From: Octopus bimaculoides
Lineage: Eukaryota
Direction: 5' to 3'
Assembly (NCBI RefSeq): GCF_001194135.2
Contig: NC_069005.1
Location: forward strand, 16,212,916 to 16,276,915
DNA: 64,000 nucleotides
Under the pieces are notes generated by a model. It was given only the letters and a program-made list of their open reading frames with translations, made no database searches and was not told the origin of the DNA. This document shows, piece by piece, positions 60,753-64,000 of the stretch (position 1 is the first letter of the stretch; every line of letters starts with the position of its first letter). The position numbers and the translations under genes were made by a program.

Positions 60753-60933
60753 GTTAGTTCCTTTTTAGTTATTTAAAGTATTAACAGTAGATTAACGTTA
60801 TTTAATGTATTATATTTATTGCTATATACTTGATTAACAGAGATTTACACAGCTGAATTCATCTTGTTAGCATAGTTACTGCTCTCATCGCTTCTTGAGA
60901 TTTTATAACTAGTTACTTTGCTTGATTATATAT

Positions 60934-60977
<44 letters not shown>

Positions 60978-61689
60978 NNNNNNNNNNNNNNNNNNNNNNN
61001 NNNNNNNNNNNNNNNNNNNNNNNNNNNNNNNNNNNNNNNNNNNNNNNNNNNNNNNNNNNNNNNNNNNNNNNNNNNNNNNNNNNNNNNNNNNNNNNNNNNN
61101 NNNNNNNNNNNNNNNNNNNNNNNNNNNNNNNNNNNNNNNNNNNNNNNNNNNNNNNNNNNNNNNNNNNNNNNNNNNNNNNNNTATATATATGCGTGCATGA
61201 TTTTATATATCATCATTGTTTAACATCTGCCTTCCATGCTGGCATGAGTGAGATGATTTGACAAGAGCTTGCCAGGCAGAAGCCTGCACCAGACTTCTGT
61301 CATTGTTTTGGCAGGATTTTTACAGCTGGATGCCCTTCCTAAAACCAACCACTCAGCAGAGTGGACTATAGTACAGGAGAAGGAGAGAGTGTGGGAGATA
61401 GCAGAATAGAGATGGTGGCAAAGTGCCGGGCATATGAAATGATATAGTGTGACGGGGCATGGGTGGAACACACAGGTCGGAACCTAGCAAAGAGCAATGA
61501 TACAGTGACACAGGGCCAAGAGGACAGGATTGGGGAGTGGGAGGTAAACCTAGTGCATGAAGTGGAAATGTGAGGAAGAGAAGAGATGTAGTTTGGTTTG
61601 TTGGGGTAGAGTGTGAGAGAAATTTTCTTGTTAAGTGTGGGTGGGACACAGTGCTTCTAGAACTCAGTTTTGCTGACATGGGTGCGACT

Positions 61690-61960
61690 TCCCAAAAACT
61701 TCATATTGCCAGACATCTCAGTCCATTGTCATTTCCTCCGTGAGGCCCAACATCCTAAGATTGGTCCTTATCACTTCATCCCACGTCTTCCTGGGTCTCC
61801 CTCTTCTGTGGGTACCATCTACTTTCAGTGATAGGTATTTCTTTATGCAGCTGTCCTCATTCATACACATCACATGTCCAAACCAACGTAGTCTTCTCTC
61901 TTGCATGCTACATTTGGTTCCTCTTGTGCCCAACTTTTCTCAATACATTTGCACTTTGTC
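61690..61960 (-). mobile_element. RTE LINE 3' coding fragment (similar piece at ~57740-57850)
   Basis: MQERRLRWFGHVMCMNED..GTHRRGRPRKTWDEVI. Confidence 0.85.
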
Positions 61961-62799
61961 TTACTACCATGTAGTATAGCTGTTTGCACACAAGCATCAT
62001 ATAGTCTACCTCACTCTGAGACAGAGTCCTTTTGTTACCAACAGAAATAATAGCTCTCTGATCTTCCTCCACCCAATTCTTATTCTAGAAACAATATATA
62101 TATATATATATATATANNNNNNNNNNNNNNNNNNNNNNNNNNNNNNNNNNNNNNNNNNNNNNNNNNNNNNNNNNNNNNNNNNNNNNNNNNNNNNNNNNNN
62201 NNNNNNNNNNNNNNNNNNNNNNNNNNNNNNNNNNNNNNNNNNNNNNNNNNNNNNNNNNNNNNNNNNNNNNNNNNNNNNNNNNNNNNNNNNNNNNNNNNNN
62301 NNNNNNNNNNNNNNNNNNNNNNNNNNNNNNNNNNNNNNNNNNNNNNNNNNNNNNNNNNNNNNNNNNNNNNNNNNNNNNNNNNNNNNNNNNNNNNNNNNNN
62401 NNNNNNNNNNNNNNNNNNNNNNNNNNNNNNNNNNNNNNNNNNNNNNNNNNNNNNNNNNNNNNNNNNNNNNNNNNNNNNNNNNNNNNNNNNNNNNNNNNNN
62501 NNNNNNNNNNNNNNNNNNNNNNNNNNNNNNNNNNNNNNNNNNNNNNNNNNNNNNNNNNNNNNNNNNNNNNNNNNNNNNNNNNNNNNNNNNNNNNNNNNNN
62601 NNTTAAGAAAACTAGAAAATTAAATACATCAACCCATATACATGAATACACAAGGACATGTATAATAAAGATTTACAATAGTAATTAAATCAAAACTTGT
62701 CACTCGCCTTGCAGGCAAATTAAAATTACAGGTAAATAAAAAGTAAAAACAAAGTAAATGTGAAAAATATTTATACAATCTAATCATACATATATATAC

Positions 62800-64000
62800 G
62801 ATATTCACACAATATTTCTGTCATGGAAACTTGTAAAACATCCCACTCTACATACTGCAACCTTGCAGAATGCACATTGGAAAGAAGTTTCAACTGACCG
62901 TCCACTGGGAGTTTTTCTTTGTTGATGTAGGCATTCGCGGCACTGTCTTTTGCGACCCTTGATTTTTTTTCTAATTCATGGAGATCGGCTGAACTCAAAG
63001 GGATATCTCTCTGGCAGGTTTTGCTTTTCCTTCCTACAGTTATTGTTTTGGAGGAATAACCTGCCCTCAATTGCATTGCTGCATCTGCTGATGGCTGCAC
63101 CACTTCCAAGCTCCTCTGGATTTGGTATATAATATAAATGCATTTACAATGCTCATGTTTACTGTGTACCAAACCAGGTATTGCCACCATTTATTACCTG
63201 GTCTACCAACCGGATAATAACTCATCATTTGGTTCAGCTAATTTACACCGCCCATGTACCTGTTATAATCAAGGTTCACAAACGGGGTGAACCTACACAT
63301 GGTTGTGCACCGGTGGATAGAAAATTTACCTGCCTCTTATCTCTGTTTGCAGTTGCTAGCAGATTTCCTTTCTGCTGTTGGATTATTTCACCTATTTAAT
63401 TTTGCTTTTTTAATATCCAACGGTAGCCCTTTTCTACTAGCAATTACTGTATACGTTGTCACAGTTTGCCCGAACTAAAAAATGGGTCAGAAAATATTAT
63501 ATGGTCCTGGTTATGGTATAGAAGTGATAAATTCCAGACCAATTGTGCCCTAGGTCAACTAAAAACTAAACCCACAGCAGTACCCAGTATTTGCTTTGTA
63601 AATTTTCCAGACTTTGATCTTCCATTTTGTGGGCTTTCCTGGCATATATTGTTGGAAGCGTACCCTTCCTTTACACCCCTCATCGACGGATAGGTATCTA
63701 TCAGGGTTGTAGAGTGTTTTGAATGCAGTTGATGAGGAGTCTTATTTTAAATAAGGGATCAAAGTTTGGTTCTCCACGTACTGGGGGTACTGCTAGTGTC
63801 TCTCACATGTAAATACAGGTTCAATTTCACAAATTGTGTCCTTGATATAATACTGGAAACATACTGATCACCAAAAGGGTCCTGATTGCTCCAGTAATTT
63901 GCAATTCTGGGTAATTGTCTTATACCCATAATATTTATGACAAAAAATGCCCATATTTCTTCTATGCTTGTGGGAAACCGCAAGCTATCTTTTTCTCCAG
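62800..64000 (-). mobile_element. piggyBac (PGBD4-like) transposase fossil, runs off the window end
   Basis: IMGIRQLPRIANYWS..ISRTQF..YLHV, DPLFKIR, QQYMPGKPTKWKIKVW, DYNRYMGGV, and GNKWWQYLVWYTVNMSIVNAFILY, across several frames. Confidence 0.88.

Larger units (their letters stand above)
1455..62602. other. Assembly gaps: 1455-1732, 6784-7255, 13989-13998, 30692-30827, 34206-34494, 35753-35959, 39483-40315, 42873-43048, 60978-61181, 62117-62602
   Basis: Runs of N, mostly next to microsatellites or repeats. ORFs spanning them are artefacts. Confidence 0.99.

Overview
AT-rich, repeat-dense animal genomic DNA from a gapped scaffold with 10 N-runs. The repeat families, (TA/CA/GA)n content and SINE sequences look like octopus or another cephalopod; this is inferred from pattern recognition, not a search. 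One host gene is well supported: the 5' part of USP30 (mitochondrial outer-membrane deubiquitinase) on the + strand. It has three phase-compatible coding exons (41810-41918, 58062-58232, 60655-60752) encoding the TM/WGP anchor, the catalytic Cys box and the start of the EQDAHE box, and it continues past the window end. The rest is mostly decayed mobile DNA: Tol2-like hAT, RTE, R4/Dong and Tx1 LINEs, Penelope, Tigger/pogo, mariner, maT, piggyBac, several Helitrons, tRNA-derived SINEs, MITEs/foldbacks and mini/microsatellites. None of the transposase or RT frames is intact. The most notable structures are a head-to-tail CTAG|TC Helitron junction, a head-to-head (TTAGGG)n/(CCCTAA)n foldback, a >1.2 kb inverted repeat pair around the first USP30 coding exon, a 139-nt locally templated inverted insertion, an intron-bearing hAT fossil, a 33-nt/11-aa repeat relic, and hints of an unannotated minus-strand transcript. 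I found no intact novel multi-gene system. All coordinates were counted by hand; TE boundaries are approximate.
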